A DNA stretch of 62,876 nt, filler included, from Sluysia triapertura (GCA_046118255.1; 5 parts of 5 records of this genome joined end to end with filler, not necessarily neighbours in it), one strand, 5' to 3'. Positions 38,866 to 52,764 are shown, numbered from the whole stretch's first letter. Translations and numbers: made by a program. The notes: generated by a model not told the origin, from the sequence alone.

Positions 38866-41764
38866 TGTTGGATAAAAAATAAATAATTAAATAATATTTT
38901 TCAATTTATTTTTTGTCCAGTGGTCACATTTTTAAATAAATTTTTAAGGTAACATTCAAAATATCCTTTATATTTTAAAACGATATTTCAAATGGTGGCT
39001 ATTTTAAGGTAGTCACTTTTGAGTGTTTTCTCATAAAATCAGCTTAGTACAAATATTTTAAGCAATTTTTCTTGTTATATTTTAAGTAAATAATAAAATT
39101 ATCAATAATTTATAAACTAAAAATTAATATTAATAAAAATACAAATTTTTATACTTTTCTTACTAATAGACAATATTCCATAACAATAAATTCTTTTAAT
39201 AAATTTATGATGTGCATTTCTTCATGAATATATACGCTTGAAATCCTTCAGAAAAATTAAAACAAACTATTTTAGTTTTTTTCTTAATTTTACAATACAA
39301 TTATTTTAAAAAATATCAATAAAGAGATTAATAAAAACAAATCAATGAATGGAATAGCGAAAACTAAATCCACATCATTCAATCTAATAGCAAAAAATTA
39401 TGAGAGCTATTTTTTGGAAATTAAAAATGAATTTCAATAATTTATGCTCTATATTGTTTGATTTAAGTTTTCTATTAAATCTGTAGAAAATAATTTTATT
39501 TTTGATAGACAATTATATTACTATTATTATTATTGTTGTTGTTATTACTATTACAATCATCATCATCATAATCAGATATTGCACCATACGTTTTCTACAT
39601 CATTCATAATTTATGTTTTATTCCATTTGTGCATAACAGTTTCATTAACATATGTTTAATTAAATCTATAATTAATTATGATATATTGACATTAAAATAT
39701 CTTTAAATTAAATTTAAGCTATTTTTATAAATATAATCATATGCACGTTAATTATGAATTCGTTAAATAATTGAATAAATACATTTGATTTTTTTCATCT
39801 TTTTTCATTTATGAATAAATAGTCAAAAATAAAACTTTGGTGTTCGTTTTATTTTCAAATTTACTATTTTTTATTTAACTAATATTAACTTTAATTAACT
39901 AATATTAACTGAAACAAGTTAATTTTTATTCTTTTCGAATAAGAAAATATAATATGCCAAATATGTTGAAGAATTTGTTTATAACAGATATACAATTATA
40001 AAGTGAACTTTTCTTCCCAAATATAAAAAATACAAATAAATATATTAAGAGAATAACAAAGGTTAAATAAAAAATTTAAAGACAATATAAGTAAAAGTAA
40101 TATAATCATGACTCAATTTTAATAGCGATTATAAACACAAGATGAAAAGTAAGAAAAATATCGATTTTTATATTAAACGAAATTACAATCTTGATTTTAT
40201 AAGTATATACTAACACTTAAACATTTAACAAATATAATTCATAGAACAGTGTTAATTGATATTTTCTCATGTACCATTAATTATAATAATTATTATTATT
40301 ATAATTATTATAAATACTGTAATTATTTAAATACATTTGTAATTTCAGTACATGTACCAGATAAAAACATTCATATAAAAATAAATATTAATTATCTGTC
40401 AATCACAAAATAATATAATAAATGATTATTTTTACAATTATAACTATTATAACTACTACTATTATTATTATTATTTATTAAAATAATTTATTATTTAGAT
40501 TTTAACAATTATTTAAATTTTACATAACATTTTGTTGTTAGCATTATGATTACGCATTTACATATTTTAACAATTAATAAAATATACAGCTGAAAATTTT
40601 TTCATTATGTAAATGATAATCATTTGAATGTAATTTAATAAAACATTGCAACTTAAAAAATTAGTATTTGATTAAAACAAAGCAACATTATTATTTATAG
40701 CATTTAAAAAAGGAAAATCCAATATAAAAATTATTCATTTTTTGATAATTCTATGAAAACAGTTTTTATTTCAGTTTTGTTGCTTTCGTTAGTCAATAAA
40801 AATAAACAAAATCAATAATAAAAGCAATAAAATATTTCAAAAATAGTTACATAAATAATATTGTGAGATTATAAAATTACAAAAAATCAAAATAACTAAA
40901 AATAAAAACTTAGTACAATAGAAATGGAAAAAATGAATACTAAATCCAAATACAAAAGCATTTACTTAATTTAATTCTATTAACATTTATCTGCTTTGAT
41001 GGATATTAAATTTAGCTTATTCATTATATAGACACCTGATTCACACCATCATTAGTATTATATAATCATTTGAATAATTAGTTAAATAATAAAGAACGTA
41101 AGCCACAATTTCGTTAATGTCTTAGTTAATGTATAGTTAAATTCTATTCTAAATTAAAATCATTAAAATTATATTAAGTTAAGATAATTACATTTGATTC
41201 CTTTCCGATTAACAAACAAATTGGTTTAACACAAACACTAATACCAAATAAAACTTAAATTTCAAGCTTTTGTGTCAAATAGCTATAGCAAATATCTGTA
41301 ATATATTCCTGAAAGGAAGTAATTAATAATAGCATCAAGCGTAATTTCTAAAGTTTTTAATTACAATGTGTATATAGATAACCAAATATAAAAAATAATT
41401 AATTATAATAGTCAATCACGAAACAAAAATATATGCAAAATCGATTTCACTTTAAAATTATTGATTGAAAATATTAATTACAATCGAAATTACTACAAAT
41501 AAATATTTTATATCATAAAATTATAAATTGTTTTTAAAACTAAAAATCAAACTAATCAAAATTTAGTTTTGAATACTCAAAATATGATTTCACATTTTGT
41601 AATGATATTGCAAAATATAAAATTATACATATAAATAAAGTAATACATATTTTTCAGAAGTTGGAAAATGGTACTTTTATTTTGAGTTTGTAAATAAATA
41701 AAATCCATAAGATGACAAATAAAGATCTGTGATTGGTAAAATTATGTTGAAATATAATGTCTAT

Positions 41765-42100
41765 TAAGACACTGTGTGCGGGGAACGTACTTTTACGTTT
41801 TTCGCAGTTTGTCACTGGAGAACTGGTTACTTAAAAATTCGTATTTGGCAGATTTGTGCTAGAGAGCGAGTATAATATAAATACGATGGGCATTATGCGC
41901 ATAGTGTTTGTGTTTCTAGGCACCGTTTGCATTGTTTCTTCCCAGAGGTTTTGCTTGTTGAATTAGTCGATCTTTTGCTGGCTCACCAAAAAAATGCCTG
42001 CTGGATGCTTAACCGCATGTCAAGTGTTAATTTGCTTAAATAAGATTATTGAAGATAATTTTATTTCGAAAGCTTCAGCTGAAAACTAATAATTAAACAT
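41765..42100 (+). mobile_element. Possible piggyBac-like 5' end fragment
   Basis: TTAA followed by a GC-richer leader with the palindrome aacgta..tacgtt, then MPAGCLTACQVL..L..I.E, like piggyBac N-termini. Confidence 0.3.
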
Positions 42101-42471
42101 CAATGAAGATAAACTAATAATTGATAAAAATTGTCCAGTACAATCGTTAAAATCAACTAATCGAAATTAACTACTCATAACTACACTTTTCAATGACTTT
42201 TTTTACTATTTAGTCCATTTAATTAAAGGTAATGTTTACATTAGAAATAAATCATAATTACTCATTGAAATATATTTATTGTTGAAGTAAGAACAACTTT
42301 AAGTAAATAAATACTCAATATTTTATTTTAAAGATATTATTGAATTATAAAAAATATTATTTATATAGAATTTATAAAGGATAATGAGTAAACATCTTCT
42401 ATATCTGCGGTGCATATCATTTAGGTTTTCACTACAATTATTATTACTATGTTCATTTTTCAGAACCAATT

Positions 42472-42681
42472 ATGAATTGGACCGATAAGCGAAATGACTT
42501 TGTTCAAACGTTTTACGAAAACAACTTATCTATAATAACTCAACTTATAGGAAAAACTCCAAGGTTCCACATTTAAGTGATAAATTTTAAAACCCATTAA
42601 AAGAAATAATTTGTACAATTTTAAAAAAACACTTATTTTTTTATTTATTTAAAACTTGACTGTTTTCGGTTCCACCCAGTA
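42472..42681 (+). mobile_element. Internally deleted Tc1/mariner-like (DUF4817-type) relic
   Basis: MNWTDKRNDFVQTFYENN resembles the DUF4817 N-terminus. Ends ...ccacccag|TA like a CAGGGTG-type TIR. Confidence 0.4.
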
Positions 42682-43110
42682 TTAAATAAAATATTGTCAT
42701 AAAATCTTTAAAATATTTAATCAAAGTTCAATTTTAACAAATTTCCTTTTTTGATTAACGTCATTGAGTTTAGGAAATAGAAAATTTATTTCTAAAAGTT
42801 GAATTTATAGTGTTTGATAACCTAATATTTTCAAGATATCTATTTTACATTTTAACTAACTGTGATGAGCTAACCTCGTATTTATTATAAACTCAGCTTT
42901 TATAAACTTTTGCAAACTTTCATAATAACTACTAAATATTAGCTAATTCGTTTAAAAGAACTAAATAATTTTAAGCGTACCTTTCATTCACTATGTTAAC
43001 AAAGCCTTAAAAATTTTAACGTTTTTTTAAACATTTCTTTGAGACACTAATATCTAATTAAATCATCATTATTTTATATTTGATCATTTAATTTTATTTT
43101 TGGTTTTAAA

Positions 43111-43800
43111 ATGAATAAACCTTTTAGTGATTTTAAAACGCAAGCTTATAATCAAATGTTAATCAGAAGCCCAAGATTATCTTTTCAACGAAAGGACGAT
43201 TGTATTACAGAATCCAAACTGATTGATGTGAAACAAAAATATATTGATATTGAAATTAACATTGTTTATGAATTAATTTACAAAAATTCATTTGATAATA
43301 AAATATCTAATAAATTTTCATTGTGTTTTCTGCAGGCGCGTAATATGAAATAGTGATATAATTAAAACACTTATTGTTTGTATTGAATCAACTATTATTA
43401 ATGATGTAAATTTTAATTCGAATTTTGAAAACAATTTAAATGCTGTAGTGAACTATTTGTTTAAAATGTGTAATAAAGCTGCTTGAATCGAAAAAAGCGA
43501 ACTTCGTGATATATGCATTCTGTGTTCGAGTGATTTAACAAGCACAAATGGAATTGAGTTGAGGTTGGTGAAACAATAACGTTTCGAAAACAATTCTATT
43601 TGTATTATAAATGAAAATTTTAATTTGAATGAAAATTCTGAATCAGTTGATCAGTTTGAATATAAAGATTATACCGACAAAAATTTAAATGTAAATGTAT
43701 GCCAGAACAAAAATTGCATAAACAATGTAAATTTAACTTCAAAGTTAGTTAACGACACCAGCAGTCCCAAGTCAAAAAGTCATCTGACTAATGGTTAAAC
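43111..43800 (+). pseudogene. Decayed coding sequence of unknown family
   Basis: ORF 43111..43353 and a downstream codon-like tract (SELRDICILCSSDL...) with stops. Confidence 0.3.
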
Positions 43801-44389
43801 TAATTGTACAGTTGTGATTGCACGAATCTATATATATATATATAGATTCTTTTAAATCATTCTTTTTATGTTAGCGTGCCGCCAAATTTATTTGTTATTA
43901 AATGCCGCGACAAGAAAAAAGTTCAGGATCACTTACTAAACTAAACTAAAAATGATAAATATCAAAATAATAAGTGTAGAGATCTAACATTATATAATCA
44001 AGAAACAAATTTTGCGTTCTGTAACCCATTAAATTGAAAAAAATTTCAACTGCAGTCATTATGTCTTTGTCTTTATTTACCAGCTCTAATTGAATATATG
44101 AATTAATTGAACATATGAATAATCATGATATTATTCGAAACAAATTAAATTAAAGTGCGAATAAAACTAAATCGACTTTCGGAAAATAAAATAAGTTTTC
44201 ATAGTCAATTGAGTAAGTTTTATTATAAATTATATATACAAATAAATGTAATATGAACAATTATGTATTTAAATAGATATAAACAATAAATGAAAATACA
44301 ACTGTGAAACATAATAACCTTAAATATTATATATCAAAATCATAAGCAATACTGAAAGTAATCATAGTGTCCTTATAATTATAACATAA

Positions 44390-44468
<79 letters not shown>
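44390..44468. repeat. (AAT)n microsatellite
   Basis: Seen directly. Confidence 0.95.
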
Positions 44469-44469
<1 letters not shown>

Positions 44470-45746
44470 GCTTTAATTTGTTTCATATTTTACAGAAATT
44501 AATAGCTTGTAATATTAACAGTAGTGCAGTAACTATTTAATCCTTTATATTGATTAATGAACAGTGAATATAACGTTAGATTATTTTTATGTTGTAACAT
44601 TATAATGAAACTGAAATTAATAAATAAAATTGTTTATTATCTAATTTACAATTTACATACTAAGCTGAAAATATGTTAATATTTATAAATATTATAATAT
44701 TTAGAAGTTGAATTATGAAATAATTATATGTATCTTATTTACAGAAATAAGATAATTTTTAACTTCCTCATAATTACACTGTTTTTGCATTATTTTTTTC
44801 CGTATTATCGAAGATAAATTTTGATATCTTATAAAACCTTAATAATCTTTACGCCTCTATTTGTAATACAATTAGATGAGTTCCACCACGACTTGAAAAA
44901 TTATTACAAATAGCTTACCTGAAAAGTTAATGTTAAATATATCCTTTAAAGCAGGTATCAATTAGCAATCTCAGAATTATATACTCAAAGAGATATCATC
45001 AATGTACTTTAGTAAACGATAGTTTATGCATTAATTTTGACTTTCATATCGCGCTTTGGGAAGATTAAACTTCAAACAATTGGATTCCATAAAATAAAAA
45101 ATTTTTGAAATGATTTAAATTTAATCATGATCATACGAATATTCGTTATAGAATGAAAAATTACAAGGTGCAAATTGAAAGTAAAATAATTTAATAAACA
45201 ATTAACAAAAAATAAAACGAATTTTATTTTTAAAATTAATTTCACAAATCAGTTTCTTAGACCAAATATCAAATATTTGTAAAATTAAAAATTGTTTACT
45301 TTATAAATTTAATGTGATCCATTCAAAATATATCCAAAAACATAAATTTATAATTTAAATATTGATTTAATAAACTTCACAACTATTATCGATTTATATT
45401 GATAATCTATAAAACTTTTTTCTACAAAAAGTATCAATTCGTGTGCACATAATACCGGCTAAAATTAGTGAACAATTAAATTAACATATTAATTAGCAAG
45501 TTTATAACTTTGTATTTATAAATTTGAACGTATAAATTTTATTTCATCGAATTTTCGGCACATACGCATTACATTAGTCATAATTTAATTTATCATTTGA
45601 TTCCTATATATAATGTGTTAGATAATCATTGAGAACAAACAAGTATTACGCAATATCTACTCAATTTAGTAATACAAAATTTGAGTTGACTTATGCTTTA
45701 TTGTTAATTTGTAAACGAGTTTAATTAACAAAAAATATACAATTAC

Positions 45747-46080
45747 CTCCGTCGAGGTGGCACAACGGGCAAATCAAATTGAGGTGCTACAGCAGCACCA
45801 AGAGAACTTCGCAAACCATTTGAATTACGATCAAAAAAAATTTACAATATTTTGTGAATTTCTGTTTTTCTGATCTATTTTTTTTATATCGAGTTGATGA
45901 TTCAGAAGACAACTCATGAGGTACTCTTGAACGAGTTTTCAATGGTAAAACCAATTCATTAATATTTTCCAAAGGCTTGGAGAATGCTGATGTATTAATA
46001 TTTTCAAGCTGATAACGCTTAGGTGCATGACAACTTTTGGTTGATGTTGATACAGTACTTTCTTCGGGTTCAATAACAAT
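45747..46080 (-). CDS. PARD3: Par-3-like gene, exon 3 (contains an apparent frameshift)
   Basis: IVIEPEE...SAFSKP...LPLKTRSRVP.EL...; after a shift at a T8 run, FFDRNSNGLRSSLGA (compare Par-3 FQRDNARSSLSA). Ends |gtaatt. Confidence 0.5.
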
Positions 46081-46113
46081 CTAAAATACTAATTTTCAAA
46101 TTCATAAAAATAC

Positions 46114-46218
46114 AGTATCATTATCCATTAATATTTCATCTATAACATCATTCAACGTAACCAGTTCATTTGTTCTTTTGAGTCGTAAGCGAACATTGTT
46201 CACAAGCAATTTTAACTC
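46114..46218 (-). CDS. PARD3: Par-3-like gene, exon 2
   Basis: ag|ELKLLVNNVRLRLKRTNELVTLNDVIDEILMDNDT|gt, comparable to Par-3 ILDLDD.+.DV.DDKD. Flanked by 60-nt and 33-nt GT-AG introns, both phase 0. Confidence 0.6.
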
Positions 46219-46278
46219 CTAAAACATCGTGTAAATTACAAGAATTAATATGTAGCATTTTAAAAAAATTATGCAAAC

Positions 46279-46395
46279 CTGAGAAAAATGAGAATTAAAT
46301 TTATTGCAAGCACTTTCATAGATGTCTTGAACTTTTAATGATTCTGGTAGTGTTACGCTTTCTATATGTCCTTTGTAATAAACACTTATGTTCAT
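46279..46395 (-). CDS. PARD3: Par-3/Bazooka-like gene, exon 1 (N-terminal PB1-like domain)
   Basis: MNISVYYKGHIESVTLPESLKVQDIYESACNKFNSHFSQ|gt fits the Par3/HAL N-terminal domain pattern M.V.V.F....V....+.V.+L...A..R. Confidence 0.6.
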
Positions 46396-48749
46396 TGTGA
46401 AATTAAATAAAATTAAAAAAATCTAAGGCATTTTTTAAATTTTATATATCATTGTTTATCGCGGACCATTTTAAAAATAAATAAAATCACAAATTTTACT
46501 ACTACCAAACGTACGCCTGAAATTCAGTTAAATTGATGCATTAAAACAAATAACGAAATTAAATGAATATAATTGTATTATTATTTTTGCTTAGCAACTG
46601 CTTCAGTAGGTAAAATTTTAAAGCTTATGCCTATTCCTTTAAAAAATAATATATAATTTAAAGAAATATATACAAAATAAATATACTTTTATATGTAAAT
46701 TAGGAATTTTCATAAAATTAAGTGTTCAGGATAAAATATTAGTTTTTATACATAAGAATTTTGAAGGATACTTTTGTTACAGTTTTATTTTTCACCTTAG
46801 ATCTTCTAACAAACTTATTAATAAATTTCAATTCTACTTTTCGGCTCTTGAATCTTTTATCTTTAAATTTCGGATGACTAATTATAATTTTATAAATTTT
46901 ATTTATAAAGTTATTACGTTTCAAGTACCAATTAATCACTCGTGAATTTAAAACCTGTCAAATTTTTTTATTGCTTTGCATTGATATAGTCGTGTGGATA
47001 AGGAAATTAAACATTCAGTGCCGATATGATTATTAAAACTCAACTTTGAAAATTCAATACTACTAATCCAAAGTAAAACTTTATCAAAAAACTACTGTTT
47101 GAAGTATTATAAGATAGGTATAAGTATTTTAAATTAATTGATGTAGCCATTAAATCACATAATGCTATGAGTTAAAGTTATTATAATTACATTTGTGCAA
47201 TTCGAAAGTGTTTCACTAACATTTTGTGAACATAAAAGAGTTAATAGATTATAAATCAAATTTAATTCTGATATATTATTAGAACGTAGCATTAATCAAA
47301 ACAAAATAGTGCCAATATCACCGAGACACTTATCAACTAGGTTAACATTTGTGATTGTTTTATTATGTATTTGTACTAAGTTTTTAAAGTTAACATTTTC
47401 TATTATGAAAAGCTTGAAACCACTTGAATTAGTTCTTACACATGCTACATTAATAATACTAAACAAACTCAAGTCATTTAATTTAATCTCATTATATCTT
47501 CTAAAACTCATTATATCTTCCTTTTTTCAATATCAGTTTTAACGAGATGCATCTCTATGGGAAGAATGTCTGATTAAATTTTAAGGTGCTGGTGGTTACT
47601 GCGGAAGAAAACATGTTTACGCATGGGTTGAGCATGTACTCTAAAATGATCGGATGGTCAGTGGATACGGAAGAATAAAGTATGTTATTAATATTAGTTA
47701 TCAACTTATAAATTGCCAATTTTTTAACAAAATATAATATTTACACCTAAATGGTTTACGCAATGAATTTTTAATTTCCTTTAAACATAAATTATTATTA
47801 ATCTCTAGTTTTAAGATTATGAGTATAAATTTAGATATAATTTGAGTTTATAACATTAGGTGTAAATTAATAAACGCTCGTTAATTAATGTAATTTTAGG
47901 GGAAAAATTCCTTATCAATTGAAGAAAAATAAAACACAGAATAACAGAAGGTATCAATGAAGTAGTTCTTATTATGTACAAATGTTACTTCACGTCATAG
48001 CCAAGTTCCCTTTCAGCGACATCTCCATTATCTTTATTTGGTCTGGATAAAGCAACATTTTGGATTCACCTGAATATGTCACACTTTTTTTATATAGTCT
48101 TGCCTCGGTTTTTTTTCTTTACCTTAGTAAAAAAATATTTTTTATTCATTGGATCCGTGTACAGTCTACGGCTTACTACTCAATGAGGGCGTGACTGTAA
48201 GTGCGACATAAACAAAATTCTTTACAAAACTTTTATTAACTTAGAAGGTCCATTTATGCTTTGTCTATGGTCTTTATTATATAAACAACACATTGAACAA
48301 AACAATTTTTTATTTAAATGAATGTATAAAATATAACACATATATCAAACGTAAAAATTGTTAAAATGTATCAACAAACAATTTATAACTGGTATCAAAT
48401 TGTTCAGAATGGTAGTAATAATAAGTAATTAAACTATTAGAAGTTTCATTCTAATAATAATTCTTTAATTTTAAAAAGATTTTAAAATTGTATTAACACA
48501 ATCTTCAAATGCAAAATATTTAAGTAGATTTTAAGTTTCACGTAAATGAAACTGACCTTAATATAACTTAATATAAATGACCTTAAAAAAACTTACGTTT
48601 ATCATCATAATAGAATTGTTCTGGATAATCGATATAAAAAATAAATTCCAAATTGAATTAACTGACGTCTTGAATTATCTTTTTAACTTTTTCATTGGGA
48701 GCCTTTTAGTTAGATAGAGAAAAGAATGTACTAACTATTTTAACTAAAA

Positions 48750-49155
48750 TCTCTGCCCGAAGGCTGTACAAATAATGATTTTATTTTCAGACTAGATAGT
48801 TCTTCAGATTCTTGCTTGGGATTTTTCTTTTGATTCACAGGGTTAGATTTTGCTGCCTGATCTAGAACGTGGACTGAAGCATTTCCTGGAGGTGGAGCTT
48901 TATTGGCTATAGTTAGTGATTGTCTGATTGTTGGGTACCGGCACAAGACATGGTTCGTGTATATTCAATATGACATCTTTACCATTCCCATAGAAATATC
49001 TACAAGTAATTTATTTACAGACGATTTACTCAATTTGAAAGTTTTAAGTATGTCAATATTCTCGGGGCTCATTGTGCCCAGAGCCGGAACGATTAAGGTA
49101 AAGATTTTGACCTTACGCCTGACGATTCTGCCAAGATGTACAAGATTCCTACATT
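48750..49155 (-). mobile_element. RLE-type non-LTR retrotransposon (NeSL/R2/R4-like) C-terminal fragment
   Basis: KVKIFTLIVPALGTMSPENIDILKTFKLSKSSVNKLLVDISMGMVKMSY*IYTNH matches the V..+.V.ALG.......L......+....S..I...H tail of restriction-like endonuclease LINEs. Confidence 0.6.
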
Positions 49156-49284
49156 AGATATATTGATTTGAAATGCTTGTTGAAAGGTTGAAGTTATTTT
49201 GATTTTTAATGATGATTGCGAAATAAATTTACATATATTATAATGTTATTACGAATGATTGAGGATGATGGGTATGGTTGTGTG

Positions 49285-49384
49285 NNNNNNNNNNNNNNNN
49301 NNNNNNNNNNNNNNNNNNNNNNNNNNNNTTAATTAATTAANNNNNNNNNNNNNNNNNNNNNNNNNNNNNNNNNNNNNNNNNNNN
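49285..49384. other. Assembly gap with artificial linker
   Basis: N44-TTAATTAATTAA-N44. Confidence 0.97.
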
Positions 49385-49465
49385 AAGAACTTTGACAGTT
49401 GTTGTAAAACTGCTTTTTCTATCAATTTTGATAAGAGCGTTATATTTGATATGGGTCTGTATCAA
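49385..49465 (-). mobile_element. L2/CR1 LINE reverse transcriptase fragment
   Basis: YRPISNITLLSKLIEKAVLQQLSKF is the canonical start of the CR1/L2 RT domain. Confidence 0.8.
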
Positions 49466-50937
49466 TGTCTAAAGTTGAAGTATATATTTTAAGTGAAATA
49501 AAAATTAAAAGAAATTATGAACGAGGATTGATCATTAAAGAATTTAAGAATAATAAAACTAAAGTTATCTCTAAAATATCAGAAGATTACTCTTGATTGT
49601 TGTCTGTAACAACCATAATTAATTTAAACATTCTTCGAGTTCTTCTTTATACATCTTCACACCCATGAATAAATTAAATGCCATAACACATATTCGGTCA
49701 TCAAACGAAGTAGTAACTGATGAAAAAGATATGAAACATACGTTCTTTGTCAACACAAAATCTTCAACTAAGAATAAAATGCTTGAAATTTATGAAATTA
49801 AAGGAAATTATAAATTCTCTGTAACCAAATTAATAAAATTAGTAGTTTTCTTTCAACTAAAAACTATAAATATAATTAATTCATTCATATATAAAACAAT
49901 ATCTTGGTATATCACCTACCCTCTAAATTGGTGTCTGGAGAACACCACCACAACATTATTTTCTAATAAAGGAATACATACATAAGTAAGGATATTGACG
50001 GTTTAACATTTAATGTAAGGTAAAATGTAGAATATAATCGTTCATACAAGAAACTTCAAACTAGAAATAAAAATAATATTCTTAATTTCTCCAATAAAGA
50101 CTAATCGTATGTCTGTAAGTAAAGAATTGTAATAATACTTTTAAAAATCCAAAAGAAAATTTAAGAGACAATACAACAAGATTCTCAAATCAAGGTTAAG
50201 TATAATAAGATTTGCTGGTATTTCCTTATACTTATTTAATTCTAAAGGTCCGCTTGCGATGTACGCTTTAATCCTAAGGAGATGCACTCGTAAGTAACAT
50301 CACGTAAACTTAAAAAAGCTTTTCTTGTAATTGAAATATATGCAATTGTGTACTCTTTTCTTGTAATTAATAACAAAGATTGTAAATCTAGTCTATTATA
50401 ATTTCTGAGGGTTTTTATTTTAAAGTGTTTTTGTGTTTTTATGTGTTTTATATTCTTATATATCAATATTTTAAAAATGTTTTTATTATTATTATTATAA
50501 TTAAAATAAAATAAAATAATTTAAATAAATTTAAATAAAATTATTTTAAATAATTAATTTTAAATCAAAGAAAATTGTTTTAATAAATTAAAATTTTTTA
50601 AAATAAAGAAATTTGTTCTTCAAATTAAATAAATCTATTTTTAGAAAAAATTATTTTAGGAAAAATATTAATCATCAAGAAGAGAAAATTAGTATAAATA
50701 GGAAGATAAAATTTTAAACAAGTAAGCAAAAGAATTATAATAAATTAGAATAGAAAGTTTAGAGAACTGAAATAGATCAACATTTTGGAAAGTCAATTAT
50801 TTAATTTGGACCCAGATATTTTTCTATTTGTACCATGTTATCAAACTACAAGTAATTTTTGTTACATAAGTTTTAATAATATCACCTTAATTAGGGATAT
50901 TTAAAATTTTACTCAAACTAAAGTAAACATTTTCTAT

Positions 50938-51292
50938 CAACACCTTAATCTAAAAAGGGGTGAGAAATTTTTATCTAAAATCGAATTTTCAATTAACTTT
51001 AGAGTTAAATTGTTAAAGTACGTATCATTATTATAAACATTTTTGTACGCGTTTAGTTTTTTGTATAATAAACATTTAGATAGTTAGACAGCTTTCTGTT
51101 TTCTTTTGAGAAGTTAATAAAGTAATTTAAACAACACAACTAAATAAAATATTAAACTCTATTTTCATTCAACAACACCTTAATCTAAAGAAGGGTTGTG
51201 TAAAATCATAAAATCACACTTTTCATACAACATCTCATTAAGAGAGTTGTGAAATCTATTTTCTTTAACAACACCTTAATAAAAGGGTTGTG
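50938..51292. repeat. Four dispersed hairpin-like direct repeats CAACACCTTAATCTAAAGAAGGGTTGTG
   Basis: Copies at 50938, 51173, 51228 (diverged) and 51269. Confidence 0.7.
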
Positions 51293-51519
51293 GAACATAA
51301 CTAAAATCTAACGACTTAATTAGTCAAGATAAGTTTTATTAAGTTGTATTGCAAGAGATTTAATTGTAGACAAACATTAAGAGTAATAACTCGAACCAGT
51401 CGATTTACTTAGGCTTTAAGTTAAGTTTTAAAATTCCAAAACCTAATAATACGTCTCCAAGTTTGGTATGAAACGTATATATTAGGCGAACCGACCTATC
51501 GGATAATTTGTTAAGTATG

Positions 51520-51590
51520 ATGAATGATTTAATTTAAGCGCTTTTGAGTACTTACTTTGCAGTAGAAATGAGCGCAATATAAATTAAAAA
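51520..51590 (+). mobile_element. L2/CR1-like LINE 3' UTR fragment
   Basis: tgaatgattt..ttaagcgcttttgagtacttactttgcagtagaaatgagcgcaatataaatt matches 25145-25200 and 31638-31685. Confidence 0.65.
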
Positions 51591-52149
51591 TCATCAAAAA
51601 CATTAAAACGATTTTTATAGATATCGTTTGAATTAAATTTTCTGGTCACTTATAAATTAAGAATCAGCTATTAATTAAAAAATTTAATACAACTAATAAT
51701 CGATTAAAATTAAACCATAATACCAGAAAAAATGAATATCATTTCTCAAAATGAAATAATTTAGCAAACAGAATATCTTCAATATAGGAAAGTTTCGAAG
51801 GAGTACATAAATGTAACTTTATTTTTTAGTTTTATTATAATGGAATGAATTGATGCACTTTTTAAAACATTTTATTTTTTCTTTTCTTTAACTTACAAAA
51901 TAATGAGTTTGTGATGGTTTGATGAAGAGAATATGATTATAATTATTTAAAATTAATACACTATAATTGAATATTTGTAAAATTGAATTTAATTTTTTAA
52001 AATTTACTATTAAAACTTATTGTACTCAGAAATATTACGTTTTCTCATTAAGTTAATTAAGAAAATTATTCTAACATTTAGCAAATTAAAAAAAACACAA
52101 TTGAAGGCCTAATTTTATTAATGTTGCAAGAAATGTTATTGTTGATCGA

Positions 52150-52764
52150 TCTTCCCACATGCATCTTGCCAGACCATGTTTCGACTATTGAATAAAAATA
52201 TATAATTAAGTTATCATCATGATAATCATGTTTCATCCGCTTGTAGAATATTAACACTACCAATTTTTATCGACGATTCTATACCGTCAATGTCTAATTT
52301 TATCCAGTTAGATTCAGTACTAAATTGTATTAATGTTTCACATGATGTTCTACAAGTATTTCTTTCTATAATATCATTTGACGTAGCACAGACTAATTCG
52401 ACATTAACAAATTGTGGATTACGTAGCAGAAATTCGAACTTCTTTTCAATCTGGTCATAGCATTTTGTTAAATAAATTTGTATTCGTTTAAAATTCGTGA
52501 ATCTTTCGCCATGTCTTCGAATAATCGAGAACTTAACATTTTATCTACACCGCAAATCATTAAATATTGAATGGAATAAAAACTTATTTAATCTGATTAG
52601 TGTAATGAAGCATCATTAAAATCCGATCAGGAGTGGCTAATATAAAATGAAAATAAGAAATACTAAGTTCTGTTAGTTGATCAGTCATATCTATATTTCC
52701 AGTTAAACACATTATTTTTAGATTTAATCCTTCAATCGTTTTCATTGATTTACCACACTCTTGG
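52150..52764 (-). pseudogene. DEAD-box RNA helicase internal fragment
   Basis: GLNLKIMCLTG..D...Q...L....HFILATPDRI (motif Ib); ..VDKML (motif II remnant); LLRNPQFVNV; VLIF (motif IV); MH.G. Contains stops. Confidence 0.75.

Noticed and set aside
43855-43937. hAT-like 3' end (tgccgcga..aaaaaagtt..gatcact)
   Set aside because: Too degenerate, with no partner TIR or 8-bp TSD found.
47309-47670. Possible small exons (CQYHRDTYQL; VLTRCISMGRMSD*ILRCWWLLRKKTC)
   Set aside because: In-frame stops and no recognisable family; insufficient support.
48903-49157. 84-aa plus-strand ORF
   Set aside because: Antisense of the RLE LINE fragment.
50938-51292. CRISPR-like repeat-spacer appearance
   Set aside because: Eukaryotic context, irregular spacing, degenerate repeats and no cas genes.
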